63,557 nucleotides of DNA from a virus. Taxonomy: Duplodnaviria > Caudoviricetes. Of this stretch, positions 19,468 to 29,849 are shown piece by piece. Position 1 is the first letter of the stretch. Each line of letters begins with the position of its first letter. A program made the position numbers and the translations under genes. The notes under the pieces are model-generated. The model worked only from the letters and a program-made list of their open reading frames with translations. It had not been told where the DNA came from and did no database searches. The stretch lies in the IMG/VR virus record IMGVR_UViG_3300046782_000096, positions 1 through 63,557 of that record; one strand, given 5' to 3'.

Positions 19468-21346
19468 TGGTAGCCTCTTCTATTAAATCCTGATAAGAAG
19501 TTGAAAGATGAACTTCTTCAACTACAGCTTTACCTTCTAACTTTATTTCCCATTCTAAACATTTATGTTGATGGGGTATTCTAAACGGTTTACTATGACC
19601 AACTTGACGAGTAAATATAAAATCAGGATTACCTATTCTACCTGGCCCTTGTCCACTTGTTCTATAACCATACAATGTTACTGTTAAAGCTCCGCTATTA
19701 TCATTAACTATTTTCATTCCAGCAAATGTTGTAAGTCCCGGCATTACATAACGCTTAGAAAGCCACGTATACGGAGCTAATGGCGATGAGTCATATCCAT
19801 ATCCCGGTAAAGGAAATGTATATATAACATTATCAAATGCTATAAAAAGTCCTTTTCCAGTAGTTACACTATCAACAAAATTACCATGTGGTATATCTAT
19901 AGTAACTAACTGTCCTAATGGAAACTCTTGATTACTTGGTGAAGGCTGATTAAGTATATATCCATTAATTTGACTATTTCCATTATTCACAAAACCAAAA
20001 TAATTACCATTCCACCATGCTGCATGTTTTGCATCAGATAGTTTTAAACCTATAAATGAATTAAAAATAGGAAAAGGTACAATTAAATCATCACCGGGAC
20101 TTGCTACAGATTTAGATGTAACTCTATCATCATCTGAAGTTAAAGCAATAAGTCCATCTACTGAAGCATACATAGCCCCAAAATTAGTAGTAACCATTGT
20201 ATTTGGAATACATGCATATTCGTTAGCAAATCTTCTAACTTGCATATTAAGAACTTCAGTTTCACCTGCTTCTACTCTTATATGATATGATGTATTTTGT
20301 GTACCTATAAATATATCATCATAATAAACTGCAACTCCTGTTACTGCTTCTGGTAAACTTATAGTATTCTGCATCGGCCATGCATGATTCATATACCGTT
20401 CTGAAAACTGTATAACACAAGGTGCGCCAAGTGCGCTACCAAAAACACCAGAAGAGCTATCATATCTCGCTAAAACATTCCATCCACCTTCTGTCTGACC
20501 AAAGAAAATAGCCGATTTATTTGGGTCTGATGGCGGCGGAATCCATTGATCGCTAATTAGTAAATCACCTTGTATTTCAGAAGAATTACCAGCATCATAA
20601 AAACTAAATGAGCTACTAGCTACCCCCACGTTACCTATAAAATGAAACCCAGTTTCTAAAGGATTACCTAACTGTTCTGCTGTATCAAATCCCGGTATAC
20701 TTCTGTATACATTTATTGAAGTTATACCATATTGTAATATTTGCGCTCGATCTATTGTAGCATTTAACGTAATACCATCACCTTCACATATAAAATTCCC
20801 ATATTGATCTTTAGTTAGTTGTTCAAATACTGTTGGTGGTCCTTCTTGATTAAAACACACAGCCGTTATAGCATACGTCCGTGATATTGGGTATACACTA
20901 GCATTTCCTTTTGATATATTAAAATTATAAGACATAACATTAGGTGCCGGAGCACCTAAATACACAATTTTAGGGTTATTTGTAGTACCACCCGGTATAT
21001 AATGTCCTAAATATGTATTACCTGCTGGTGCTCTTTTAAAAATACCAGATATGTAAGCGCTATTAAAAGGCTCTCCAATAGTCATTACCGCATTAGCAAA
21101 ATAATAATCAGAACTAAATCCTAATGGTTGTCCAGCAACAGCAGCTAAACTATTAACAGTAGGATTTTTATAAAGTCCAGCCGGTGTATTAGAAAGATTT
21201 ATGATTGGTTTCCATTGTGGCATAGGATGTAACCAACCATCCCATAATAAACAATTATGAGCTACTTGAGCATGATCGTTTGCAAGTTCTTTTGGATTTA
21301 CTTGTGGTAGTAAACCTGCAAACCGAGTTATACGAATACTTGCCAT
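19448..21346 (-). CDS. Tail nozzle/stabilisation protein (beta-propeller-like)
   Basis: ITRFAGLLP..P..L....AQ.A.NC N-terminus; FSE.Y..HAWP; YAS.DGL; YTW.SK.Y motifs. Confidence 0.75.
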   Translation of the reverse strand: MASIRITRFAGLLPQVNPKELANDHAQVAHNCLLWDGWLHPMPQWKPIINLSNTPAGLYKNPTVNSLAAVAGQPLGFSSDYYFANAVMTIGEPFNSAYISGIFKRAPAGNTYLGHYIPGGTTNNPKIVYLGAPAPNVMSYNFNISKGNASVYPISRTYAITAVCFNQEGPPTVFEQLTKDQYGNFICEGDGITLNATIDRAQILQYGITSINVYRSIPGFDTAEQLGNPLETGFHFIGNVGVASSSFSFYDAGNSSEIQGDLLISDQWIPPPSDPNKSAIFFGQTEGGWNVLARYDSSSGVFGSALGAPCVIQFSERYMNHAWPMQNTISLPEAVTGVAVYYDDIFIGTQNTSYHIRVEAGETEVLNMQVRRFANEYACIPNTMVTTNFGAMYASVDGLIALTSDDDRVTSKSVASPGDDLIVPFPIFNSFIGLKLSDAKHAAWWNGNYFGFVNNGNSQINGYILNQPSPSNQEFPLGQLVTIDIPHGNFVDSVTTGKGLFIAFDNVIYTFPLPGYGYDSSPLAPYTWLSKRYVMPGLTTFAGMKIVNDNSGALTVTLYGYRTSGQGPGRIGNPDFIFTRQVGHSKPFRIPHQHKCLEWEIKLEGKAVVEEVHLSTSYQDLIEEATNASAIA

Positions 21347-21347
21347 A

Positions 21348-22712
21348 TCAAAAGTTCTTAGTTACACTAGCGTAATAACTACCAAGTATCCCTACAAGCG
21401 GTGTAGTTTTTACTGTTAATGATGTTGCTAAAGACGTTGGACCATTTATTTTCCATTTAAGATTTTTTAAACTACCCACTACAGTAGATGTACCTGTTAA
21501 AAGAGTAGAACTATCAAAAAGACCCACACCAAAAGATTGTACTACAGTTGGATTCGCTGGATCGTATGATTCTACATATAAATCTATTAATACAGATTTA
21601 CCCGCAGCTATAACAGGTATTGGAATCACAAAAGATGGAATTACATTAGTATAAGCGGCTGAAGAAAGAGTATTTTGAACCCCGACTACATCAAAAGATG
21701 CTGGAGTATTGATAATCGCTAAAGCAGATACTACATTACTAATACCTGCTGGAGTAACCGCTTGCGTATTATTAGCAGGATCATTTGACGCAGCAGTTGG
21801 AGCTAATGCTACTAAACCTTGTTGTGAGACACTAGCTGGTGCAATATTAATTGTTAAAACACCAGCCGTTGGACCACCAATAGTTACGCCACTAGTACTT
21901 GTACCAACACTTGTAATTAATGAACCAGCAAACGCTATAACTTGACCATATGCGTTAAGCTGTATACCGCCATAAGTACCCGCACCGGGACCAACAGGTG
22001 TAAGTCCAACAGTTGGATTAACATTTGGAGCAGCACCAGAAATTGTAATACCCGGACCAGCAACAAGATTAGTTACAGTGCCAGTACCACCGGGAGTTAT
22101 TGTAGATGCAATTGTAAAATTAGGATACGTACCGGATATAGAAATACCCGCACCTGATGTAAGTACTACACCATCAACATTTATATTAAAATTATACGGA
22201 CCACCTGTAACTTCAGCAATACCAGTACCAGTAAATGTAAATGGAGTACCAATACTAGTTTGGGAAATTAAAACATCGTATGGCCCCGGTCCAAAAGTAA
22301 CATCAATACCAGCACCAGCAGTAAATGTCCATGCTGGTGAATCGACATTATAAGCAGGACCACCAGTAACTGTACTTCCGCCACTACCAGTTAATGTAGT
22401 CGATCCACCGGGGGCAACATCACCAATACCGGCTGTAGTCCAAACAAATCTAACTTGTGATCCAGCAGCAAGTGGTACGGCTACAGTGCCATCCTGCCCA
22501 CGTACTACATCAGCAGCACCAGCAGTTACACTAACAATATTCATTACTTCATAACCAACACCATCAGTTACAGATACTGCGGTATAGTAACCCCCCGCAA
22601 GCTGTGTTGAAAGCATAGCAATGACAGATGCAGGTAATGCTATCTGCGATGCCCCAACAGCCGTGTATGCTGTGGTATTAGTTATAAGATTTTGAAGGGC
22701 TTTAAAAGTCAT
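21348..22712 (-). CDS. Tail fibre/structural protein
   Basis: EVM.I.......VVRGQDGT.A motif; repeated AG.GI.I.G..P beta repeats. Confidence 0.7.
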   Translation of the reverse strand: MTFKALQNLITNTTAYTAVGASQIALPASVIAMLSTQLAGGYYTAVSVTDGVGYEVMNIVSVTAGAADVVRGQDGTVAVPLAAGSQVRFVWTTAGIGDVAPGGSTTLTGSGGSTVTGGPAYNVDSPAWTFTAGAGIDVTFGPGPYDVLISQTSIGTPFTFTGTGIAEVTGGPYNFNINVDGVVLTSGAGISISGTYPNFTIASTITPGGTGTVTNLVAGPGITISGAAPNVNPTVGLTPVGPGAGTYGGIQLNAYGQVIAFAGSLITSVGTSTSGVTIGGPTAGVLTINIAPASVSQQGLVALAPTAASNDPANNTQAVTPAGISNVVSALAIINTPASFDVVGVQNTLSSAAYTNVIPSFVIPIPVIAAGKSVLIDLYVESYDPANPTVVQSFGVGLFDSSTLLTGTSTVVGSLKNLKWKINGPTSLATSLTVKTTPLVGILGSYYASVTKNF

Positions 22713-22720
22713 GGCTATGC

Positions 22721-23101
22721 CTACTGAGAATAGGGAGAAAACACAGTATTATTGTCACCAACCAGCATCTCAATTGAGCCGCACGGATTACCCCTAATTA
22801 CCACATCCCCTACGTAATAACCCGGTGCAGCTTCTTTAAGTAAATCATCAATAAAGAATTGAACATCAATACCCTGTATATGATATGCGGGATATTGTAT
22901 AAAATACTGTTTATCAGGTATAAGTCCTTTTCGATATACATTCATTACAATGTCATTTACAGTTAAATTAGTACAAAATATACAGTCAACACAACCTAAA
23001 CAAGCTGCACAACTACAATTACAGCCTGTAAGTTTCATAGAAGCACCGACTATATTAGTATCGGCATTAACATAAGGAATCTTAACTTGTGTTTGTAACA
23101 T
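22721..23101 (-). CDS. Cys-rich hypothetical virion protein
   Basis: CNCSCAACLGCVDCIFC cluster; TAATG coupling. Confidence 0.6.
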   Translation of the reverse strand: MLQTQVKIPYVNADTNIVGASMKLTGCNCSCAACLGCVDCIFCTNLTVNDIVMNVYRKGLIPDKQYFIQYPAYHIQGIDVQFFIDDLLKEAAPGYYVGDVVIRGNPCGSIEMLVGDNNTVFSPYSQ

Positions 23102-23787
23102 TATCGACCCCCACCCGGCCAATAACCGGCACCACCACCCCATCCACGATTAGCTGGACCAACCCAAGGATTAGTTTTTGCAATAGATGTTGTACCAAAA
23201 GCACGGTCTGCTTCAGCACGACACCGAACTTTTTCCTTTCGGAACTTTAACTCGTATCTATCTGCTTCTTTTGGATTATACCAATTCGTATTAGGAAGTG
23301 CTATTAAAGTAGAAATAGCACCATATGCTATTCCTTGCACCCACTGTTCATATAAATAGTTATCTAAAACACACGAATCTTGTTTAGGTGCAACAATCGC
23401 TTCAACTTCTAATCCTTGCGGATCATCTTTATTCGGTGGACGGCGTAAATGTATCATTGTAGGTGAAGTCATTTGATACAGATATGCACCTATTCCAGCC
23501 GGTAATTTAGCTGTAACTGGCGTATAATCCCAACGTTCGTCTACAGTAACTCGTTTTATTCGTATTATATTATAATTACAATCAGTAATAAGCTGATAAT
23601 CTTGTACACCCTTTTGTAAATCGTATTTATTTATATCGTGTATAATACCTGACCAATTGCATAACTCTATTGCCGCCATACGAATATGATGTAAAATTAA
23701 CTCCGGTGGCGCACCAATTACATACGGTACTACATATGGCAATGCCGCATCCCAAGAAAGAGTAGCATTTGGATTAATAAAACTCAT
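23101..23787 (-). CDS. Head-tail adaptor / tail tubular protein
   Basis: LPYVVPYV.G.P......IR.AAIE.C; I.YGA...L...P...W.NP. Confidence 0.7.
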   Translation of the reverse strand: MSFINPNATLSWDAALPYVVPYVIGAPPELILHHIRMAAIELCNWSGIIHDINKYDLQKGVQDYQLITDCNYNIIRIKRVTVDERWDYTPVTAKLPAGIGAYLYQMTSPTMIHLRRPPNKDDPQGLEVEAIVAPKQDSCVLDNYLYEQWVQGIAYGAISTLIALPNTNWYNPKEADRYELKFRKEKVRCRAEADRAFGTTSIAKTNPWVGPANRGWGGGAGYWPGGGR

Positions 23788-24509
23788 GGCACTCTCGCTT
23801 TAGTCATTTGGTTAGAACCACCTTGACCAGCAAATGTTCCTGAATTATATTTAGTCTCTTGCGAGAACTTCACACCTAACGAATTATAAAACTTTTTATA
23901 AAATGCTGTACTTTCAGCTTGGGATGTTGCTGATTCAGTATCAACTTCAAATGCTTTTGCCGCTATAAAGAAACCTAACGCTGTAAGATACACACTGTCT
24001 ATTACAACAGTAACATTAGGGTCTGTATATGCAACTGGAGCAAGCACCATTGTACCCGTTACTTTTATTGTTGTTGGAAACCCTATTGGTACCATCGGTG
24101 TTACATAAAAATTCTTTGGGTCTTTTACATCATAAGCATAAGATAAAATACGAAAACTATTTTGTCCACCACTTGGCAAACACGGCTTTTTAGAAAATGC
24201 CCGCATTAACTGTAAATCACACTGAGTAATAGGCTCCCCCGGACTATAATTTGACGTAAGACTCATTGCGTCAATAGATTTTAATAACCTATATCTAGGG
24301 TCTAATACTTGTCTATATCTCCCTGTAATTATATTCAAATCTGCCGTTTCTAAAAAGGCATCCGGTCTATAATTATTAATCTCTAATAATCCTTTATTCA
24401 TATAGTCCATTAGATCATTCTGAGTCCATCTTGTAAAAGCGTTCCCCGCCTCTTGGTCATTAAGAGGCGAGGATGATACAGAAGTAATAATTTGCAGCCC
24501 GGTAGACAT
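23784..24509 (-). CDS. Head-tail adaptor (DUF6682-like)
   Basis: LND......RWT..DL.DY.N.G..EI..YRPDAF; YD..DPK.FYV.P. Confidence 0.72.
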   Translation of the reverse strand: MSTGLQIITSVSSSPLNDQEAGNAFTRWTQNDLMDYMNKGLLEINNYRPDAFLETADLNIITGRYRQVLDPRYRLLKSIDAMSLTSNYSPGEPITQCDLQLMRAFSKKPCLPSGGQNSFRILSYAYDVKDPKNFYVTPMVPIGFPTTIKVTGTMVLAPVAYTDPNVTVVIDSVYLTALGFFIAAKAFEVDTESATSQAESTAFYKKFYNSLGVKFSQETKYNSGTFAGQGGSNQMTKARVP

Positions 24510-24811
24510 TATCCTATCCGTTCTTGTGGTAATGGACCTTCGTAATTAACAGCCCTATCACGTTCAAAAGGACTCTTCTTTACTTTCTTTGGCTTGATAA
24601 TCTTAGTTTCATTACCAGCCGCATCACGCCTAAAAATCTCTACATCTTCACGTTTTGCACCTTCTCTTTCAAATGGATATACGCGACCAGACTCAATATG
24701 TCGCATATAAAGACCAACACTTAATACCGTTGGCCCACCAATATCCAAACTATTATCAACTAAATTTTTACGGTTAGAAATTACTACTCTTGCAATATTT
24801 GGCTGATCCAT
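24509..24811 (-). CDS. Hypothetical protein
   Basis: GAGG RBS, 100 aa. Confidence 0.65.
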   Translation of the reverse strand: MDQPNIARVVISNRKNLVDNSLDIGGPTVLSVGLYMRHIESGRVYPFEREGAKREDVEIFRRDAAGNETKIIKPKKVKKSPFERDRAVNYEGPLPQERIG

Positions 24812-24828
24812 TGTAAAATCCTCTTGTT

Positions 24829-24862
24829 TAAAAAGGAGGGAGCCGGGATGCGACCCCCTCCA
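24829..24862 (-). terminator. Intrinsic terminator after capsid genes
   Basis: GGAGGG...CCCTCC stem followed by TTTTT on the minus strand. Confidence 0.65.
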
Positions 24863-24878
24863 CTACCACCCCACTTAC

Positions 24879-25463
24879 TCAGTTCATCATACCACTTTGG
24901 AAATTAAAGTACACTGGTGTAAGTGTGATACTAAAAGCAGACCACACATTTGGCGTTGGAAGCGCCGTAACTACAAGATCAACAATATCCGGTGCTGTAA
25001 AAAGATGCTGCATACCAGCAAGAATAGTACCAAAATTGGTAATAGCCGCACCACTATTATAAGGTACAAACCCAGTTGTTGGAGTAACGTGTGGATCAAG
25101 AGCAGTAACCAAATCTTGTGCTACTCCACGTATCCGAAGTTTAAATGTACCACCCGTACCTGCAATGATACTATTTACCTTATACCAAAGACCAAAAAAC
25201 AGAGAGTTTGAAGGAATAACAACAGCTCCAAACGCATCACCATTAACAACCGCACCAGTAACTAAATTCTTCCTTAGAAAATAACTTAACGCTTTATCAT
25301 TAGTAAAATCCAGAGTACGCGACGCACCATATACAACTGGATGTTTACTCGGTGGTGCTAAATTCGACGTATTTGCCGAACTAAAAGGAGCCGCTGGAAA
25401 GATAGCCCAATCAGTATTTTGCTGACGAGGACCACCCAAATACAACTCATATACACTAGCCAT
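24879..25463 (-). CDS. Capsid decoration/cement protein
   Basis: Directly after major capsid, AGGAG RBS, beta-rich. Confidence 0.6.
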   Translation of the reverse strand: MASVYELYLGGPRQQNTDWAIFPAAPFSSANTSNLAPPSKHPVVYGASRTLDFTNDKALSYFLRKNLVTGAVVNGDAFGAVVIPSNSLFFGLWYKVNSIIAGTGGTFKLRIRGVAQDLVTALDPHVTPTTGFVPYNSGAAITNFGTILAGMQHLFTAPDIVDLVVTALPTPNVWSAFSITLTPVYFNFQSGMMN

Positions 25464-25475
25464 GTCTATCTCCTA

Positions 25476-26411
25476 TCAGCTAAAGCGGGCATAGAGTGCT
25501 GCAACACCTTTCGGGTACAGTACTTTAAAGCCATACACCGCTAAACCTTGATAGTAGCGGTCCCATGAGTCTTTATCTTCAATTACGCGCGTTTGGTCAA
25601 TCTGTGCAGCAAACGCAGTTGCCATCTTAACACCGGCAATAACTTGATAGCAGTTCGCACTAACAGCCGCATCAAAGAACGGTGGTAAGAAGTTAGAAAT
25701 ATAGATATTAAATCCGGCAACATTGGGCGGCAAACGCCCGTTAATCATCGGAGAAATATCCATACCGGTTAAATACGCAGCGCGTAAGTCACTATTCAAG
25801 AGCGTAGTATATGCAATAGCTGGCATCACTACATAGCGGTTCTCTCGCGGCGCACACTGTTCATCTAAAACACCATGCAGGTAAGTAAGCACCTGATTAA
25901 TGTTAGACGATGTAACAGCTACCGGATTACCTGTAGCTCCAAGATTATACGCATGAGATACATAACCCGCAGACGTACCCGCATTATCTAAGTCTACATC
26001 CATATAAACAGATGCAAACAAAGACGTATCAATTGCTTGCGCTAACCGATACGCAGCACGCTTCAGGAAACTCTCACGCCAAGACGGCCAATTACAAATC
26101 TGCTTCTCATCAATCTGACTAATGACCATACTAAAGTCCTTAGCCTTATCAATAACAAGCGTAGTCGGCTCACTATCAATCGTATCATGTACAATCGTGC
26201 CACCTTTCTCGTAGTCACGAATGGTAACTTCAGGCTCACGCCAGAACGTTACTTGGTCACCACATTTTTCAATAGTACCACTATATTCTGTAGTACTAAT
26301 CTCGCCATAGACACTAGAGCAATAAAACAACTCCAGCAAGTCCATGCTGAACATCGGTGATATAAGGTTACCACTATATTGAGGGTAACTAGATGCTACG
26401 GCAACGGCCAT
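25476..26411 (-). CDS. Major capsid protein (HK97 fold, P22-coat-like)
   Basis: I.TTEYSG.I...GDQV, LVIDKAK.F, LDEQ.AP.ENRYVV, G.AVYG.KVL.P; follows scaffold. Confidence 0.9.
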   Translation of the reverse strand: MAVAVASSYPQYSGNLISPMFSMDLLELFYCSSVYGEISTTEYSGTIEKCGDQVTFWREPEVTIRDYEKGGTIVHDTIDSEPTTLVIDKAKDFSMVISQIDEKQICNWPSWRESFLKRAAYRLAQAIDTSLFASVYMDVDLDNAGTSAGYVSHAYNLGATGNPVAVTSSNINQVLTYLHGVLDEQCAPRENRYVVMPAIAYTTLLNSDLRAAYLTGMDISPMINGRLPPNVAGFNIYISNFLPPFFDAAVSANCYQVIAGVKMATAFAAQIDQTRVIEDKDSWDRYYQGLAVYGFKVLYPKGVAALYARFS

Positions 26412-26421
26412 GATTTAGTCC

Positions 26422-27390
26422 TCATGCATTAAAATCAATTCGACCTTCTGCCTCAGCTTCTTTAAACAGTTTATCCCACTCATCGCGTACTTGCTTAGTA
26501 ATTTTGCCTTTCACAAAATCATCACTGACCTTTTTACGGTCAGATAATTTAAGCATTGGCTTTCGACTCCCGTTTAAGTTTACAGGAGGAGCGCCACCGC
26601 CAAGATTAGGAGTAACCATTGCAGCTAAGGCATCCTTAGAGGGTTTAAAACCCCCAAAAATTTCAACTATGGTATCTAAATCCCGATCCACATGTGCCTG
26701 CGCTAACATGTCATAGACAGTCTTGCGCGAGTATGGAGCCTTTGTAGCAATATACTGTTTCCATTCATCACTTGCGACTATATCATCGAAGTGCTTAATT
26801 CTAGACTTTACGTGCGACATAAACTGTTCTTCACTGGTCGATGTTAGATCAGTTTGAACACGAGTATTTGCTTCACGTAACTCTTTCAATTCTTTTTTAA
26901 TATCTGCCATAGCGGCAGAAGTTTCACCTTTTGCTATCTTACGGGCTATCTTGGTGATTACACCTTGAGATTCGCCATATGTTGCTAACTCTTCTTCCGT
27001 TAAATCATCAGGATCAGGAATCGCCGGTGGTGGCGGTAGGGCTTCACGTACCTCCTTTAATTCCTTCTCTAATCTTTCACGTTCTGCTTTCTCTCTTTTC
27101 AGAGTCGGTTCTAAACTATCAATAACACCCTGCAAAGACTTCCATCTTTGCTCGTTTTTCTGCGCTTCCGCTTTCCACTGCTGCTCTAACGTAAGCTCCG
27201 GTTTTGTCTCTACTGGAGCCGGTGTTGGTTCTGGTATTGGAGTTACTACAGGTGGTTTAGCCGCTGGACCATCCATATGTGGAATAACTACTTCTTTCGG
27301 TTGCACAACTTCAGCCGGTGGTGTTTCACCAGCTAGTTGTGCTCTTAAAATCTCTCGCTTTTGAACCATTGCTTGCGGTAAACCCGGCAT
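26422..27390 (-). CDS. Scaffolding protein
   Basis: Pro-rich N-terminus, RWKSLQG, coiled coil, EGRI C-terminus; upstream of MCP. Confidence 0.8.
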   Translation of the reverse strand: MPGLPQAMVQKREILRAQLAGETPPAEVVQPKEVVIPHMDGPAAKPPVVTPIPEPTPAPVETKPELTLEQQWKAEAQKNEQRWKSLQGVIDSLEPTLKREKAERERLEKELKEVREALPPPPAIPDPDDLTEEELATYGESQGVITKIARKIAKGETSAAMADIKKELKELREANTRVQTDLTSTSEEQFMSHVKSRIKHFDDIVASDEWKQYIATKAPYSRKTVYDMLAQAHVDRDLDTIVEIFGGFKPSKDALAAMVTPNLGGGAPPVNLNGSRKPMLKLSDRKKVSDDFVKGKITKQVRDEWDKLFKEAEAEGRIDFNA

Positions 27391-27392
27391 GT

Positions 27393-27614
27393 CTATTCTC
27401 CACTAGGCTCTTTAGCTTTAAGAGCCTCTAGTAATGAATCAATTTCCAATGCCCTACCTTTAATTTCTAAAAAATTTTCAGGTAAAGCACGCCTAAACGC
27501 ATCATTTAACTGTTGCTCTCTCTCACGTAGTATTTCTGCCAAAAGTTCAGCAAAATTAGATCGAGCAAAATGCTCTATCTTTCTTGCTTGGTTTGGCGTA
27601 ATACGGTATTTCAT
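27393..27614 (-). CDS. Small conserved head-assembly protein
   Basis: EIKGRA..ID.LLE motif between portal and scaffold. Confidence 0.6.
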   Translation of the reverse strand: MKYRITPNQARKIEHFARSNFAELLAEILREREQQLNDAFRRALPENFLEIKGRALEIDSLLEALKAKEPSGE

Positions 27615-27820
27615 CCGCAGGTTGCACAACCAGCAGACTTCTTACTATTACGCTGTTCATTATTACCGGGATTCTTACCTAAGAAAGAACCACCCGATTT
27701 AGCACCACCAACAGTACCACCAAAACCACCCTTCCAAATCTTGGAAGTATCACCACGCGCCTGTGGTGTCCACATAGAACTACCACTTGTTGAGGCATTT
27801 GGCATTAGACCCTTACCCAT
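27611..27820 (-). CDS. Gly-rich small hypothetical protein
   Basis: GAGGAG RBS; ATGA overlap. Confidence 0.55.
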   Translation of the reverse strand: MGKGLMPNASTSGSSMWTPQARGDTSKIWKGGFGGTVGGAKSGGSFLGKNPGNNEQRNSKKSAGCATCG

Positions 27821-27863
27821 TTCATTTACTCCTCAGTTATGAGCTTTCGCCCGGTTAAGCTAA

Positions 27864-29450
27864 TTACGCCAAATCTATTGACGTAGTAGTTACTAAATTT
27901 CTATAGCATCTATATCTAGCATCACCAGAACCAACACCACTTTGATCTGGACCAAAAACAGTTAACCCAATCCATTTTGCTCTATTTCGTAAAAAGTCTT
28001 CTGGAGTATCAGGATTATGTGTATATGGTAAACCTGACGCCGGTATAAGCGTATTTCCACCAGCGCTATAAGGATTAGTAACTATAGTAAGTCTTGACCC
28101 TAAAGATGCAATTTTCATTGCTACAGATGGTGGTGAATGATCTTTTATATTAACATTACTAAAAGCTAAATTCGCTGCAAATCCTGCTTGTCCCATAGGT
28201 TTTCCAAACATTGGTATTTCTGCTAATGTAATCTGACCACCACCAAATAATATAATACCAGCATGTCCAAATCCACTACCTGAAAAACCCGAAGTTGCAT
28301 TACCTGTCTTCGGCATTTCCACATTCACGGCTAAAAACGACAATACTCCATTAGATTCTATAGCGATAGACGATGGAACATACGTAGTAGGACCATCAGA
28401 TGCTTGAAACAAGCTTATTACAATTCGTGGAAACTGTATCTCTGCTGCTAAATATGGATTATTTAGTGTTCCAGATGATGCGCTATAGTCATTAATAGCT
28501 TTAATACATGGATCATCATACGGCTGAATAGTTACAAGTCTATTTCCAACTGATATTAATGTTGAATAATGTACTATACTATCAATGAATGTATGTCCTG
28601 TAACTATACTTGTATCTCTAGGTCCACCACTTATAGGAGCACTATCTGGTGAGTACGTATAAAATGTTTCCCCAAAACGTAACCATATAGTAGCTGTTGT
28701 ACCTTCCGGTATTCGATTCATCGCATGTGCAATTGAATAGAATGGTGCATCATGTGAACCATCTCCAGTAACATCATTTCCTAGTGTTGTAGATACATAC
28801 TGATTTCTAACATCAACTGGTGCTGTTATACCATAATATAAACCACCAGCATCATATTCATCTTTTTGACCAACAAGAGCAGGTGGTAAAACTGGACCTA
28901 AAGGATCATCTACAATAGAAGGTTCATCACGCATTTGTAATAAATTACTAGGATCGTTAGATATTTTTGCATATAACTTAATTGTATTTTCTACCATAAC
29001 TGGTTTAATCGTTTCAGTTTCAACAAATTCCAGCATTCCATTAGCTACAGCAAAAGCACTTAATCCAAATGACCATAAGCCTAAACCGGATTCATGGTAA
29101 GCACACGTAGTAACACCCAATCCATCCGAAAGCTGGAATGTATACTTACCGGTCATATCAATGACCAACACATTATTCCTATTTGATAACTGTACATGCC
29201 GTCCATTTAAGACCATAGGACTAGCATAGTTTTTACCATCTCTTTCGGTAGTAACTGTACAAACAGTAATAGTACTGGCATCATTCAAAAATCCATACGC
29301 TTTTACAATTATAGCTGTCTCAGATACGTCAATAATATGAGACATTAAATTCTTACTACCGGCATGAAAAATCGCATTGGGGGGCTGGTTCTCAGTCCCC
29401 TGTGGATCAACCGGTGTATTGAAAATAGGTATGCCAGTACTAATTTTCAT
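27864..29450 (-). CDS. Structural/spike-like protein with beta-helix cap motif
   Basis: YVSTTLGNDVTGDGSHDAPFYSIAHAM motif typical of the start of pectin-lyase-like folds. Confidence 0.6.
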   Translation of the reverse strand: MKISTGIPIFNTPVDPQGTENQPPNAIFHAGSKNLMSHIIDVSETAIIVKAYGFLNDASTITVCTVTTERDGKNYASPMVLNGRHVQLSNRNNVLVIDMTGKYTFQLSDGLGVTTCAYHESGLGLWSFGLSAFAVANGMLEFVETETIKPVMVENTIKLYAKISNDPSNLLQMRDEPSIVDDPLGPVLPPALVGQKDEYDAGGLYYGITAPVDVRNQYVSTTLGNDVTGDGSHDAPFYSIAHAMNRIPEGTTATIWLRFGETFYTYSPDSAPISGGPRDTSIVTGHTFIDSIVHYSTLISVGNRLVTIQPYDDPCIKAINDYSASSGTLNNPYLAAEIQFPRIVISLFQASDGPTTYVPSSIAIESNGVLSFLAVNVEMPKTGNATSGFSGSGFGHAGIILFGGGQITLAEIPMFGKPMGQAGFAANLAFSNVNIKDHSPPSVAMKIASLGSRLTIVTNPYSAGGNTLIPASGLPYTHNPDTPEDFLRNRAKWIGLTVFGPDQSGVGSGDARYRCYRNLVTTTSIDLA

Positions 29451-29459
29451 GTCTTATCC

Positions 29460-29819
29460 TTAAACAATTTCAGCTTTAACTAATAAATTCCAACTACCAA
29501 TCGTAATTGCTGCCGCTGCATTAGTTGAAGGATTAATAAGTGTTGGAATAGTAACAGTAAGTGCTACTGTAATATTAACATTATTAAAGCTTACTGAAGC
29601 CGATGCAGGAGCAACAAAACTAACTCTGTCACCTACTGCATATCCTATATCTGCAACAGTACATCTAAGTTCTAACCATACCTGTTTCGGACGTACTCCA
29701 AGTCCATGAGGAATTACCGTTGTAGTAGTAACTGCATATACATATTCATCTGTATAATATGAGTTTTCCGGTGCTGCATTTTCACGCCCGGTTTGACCTA
29801 CTTTTACTAATGCTGGCAT
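29460..29819 (-). CDS. Fibre-tip-like structural protein
   Basis: IPHGLGVRP.....L.C..AD.GY.VGD motif. Confidence 0.6.
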   Translation of the reverse strand: MPALVKVGQTGRENAAPENSYYTDEYVYAVTTTTVIPHGLGVRPKQVWLELRCTVADIGYAVGDRVSFVAPASASVSFNNVNITVALTVTIPTLINPSTNAAAAITIGSWNLLVKAEIV

Positions 29820-29849
29820 TGTAAATTACTCCTCTCTACGGTTGTTGAA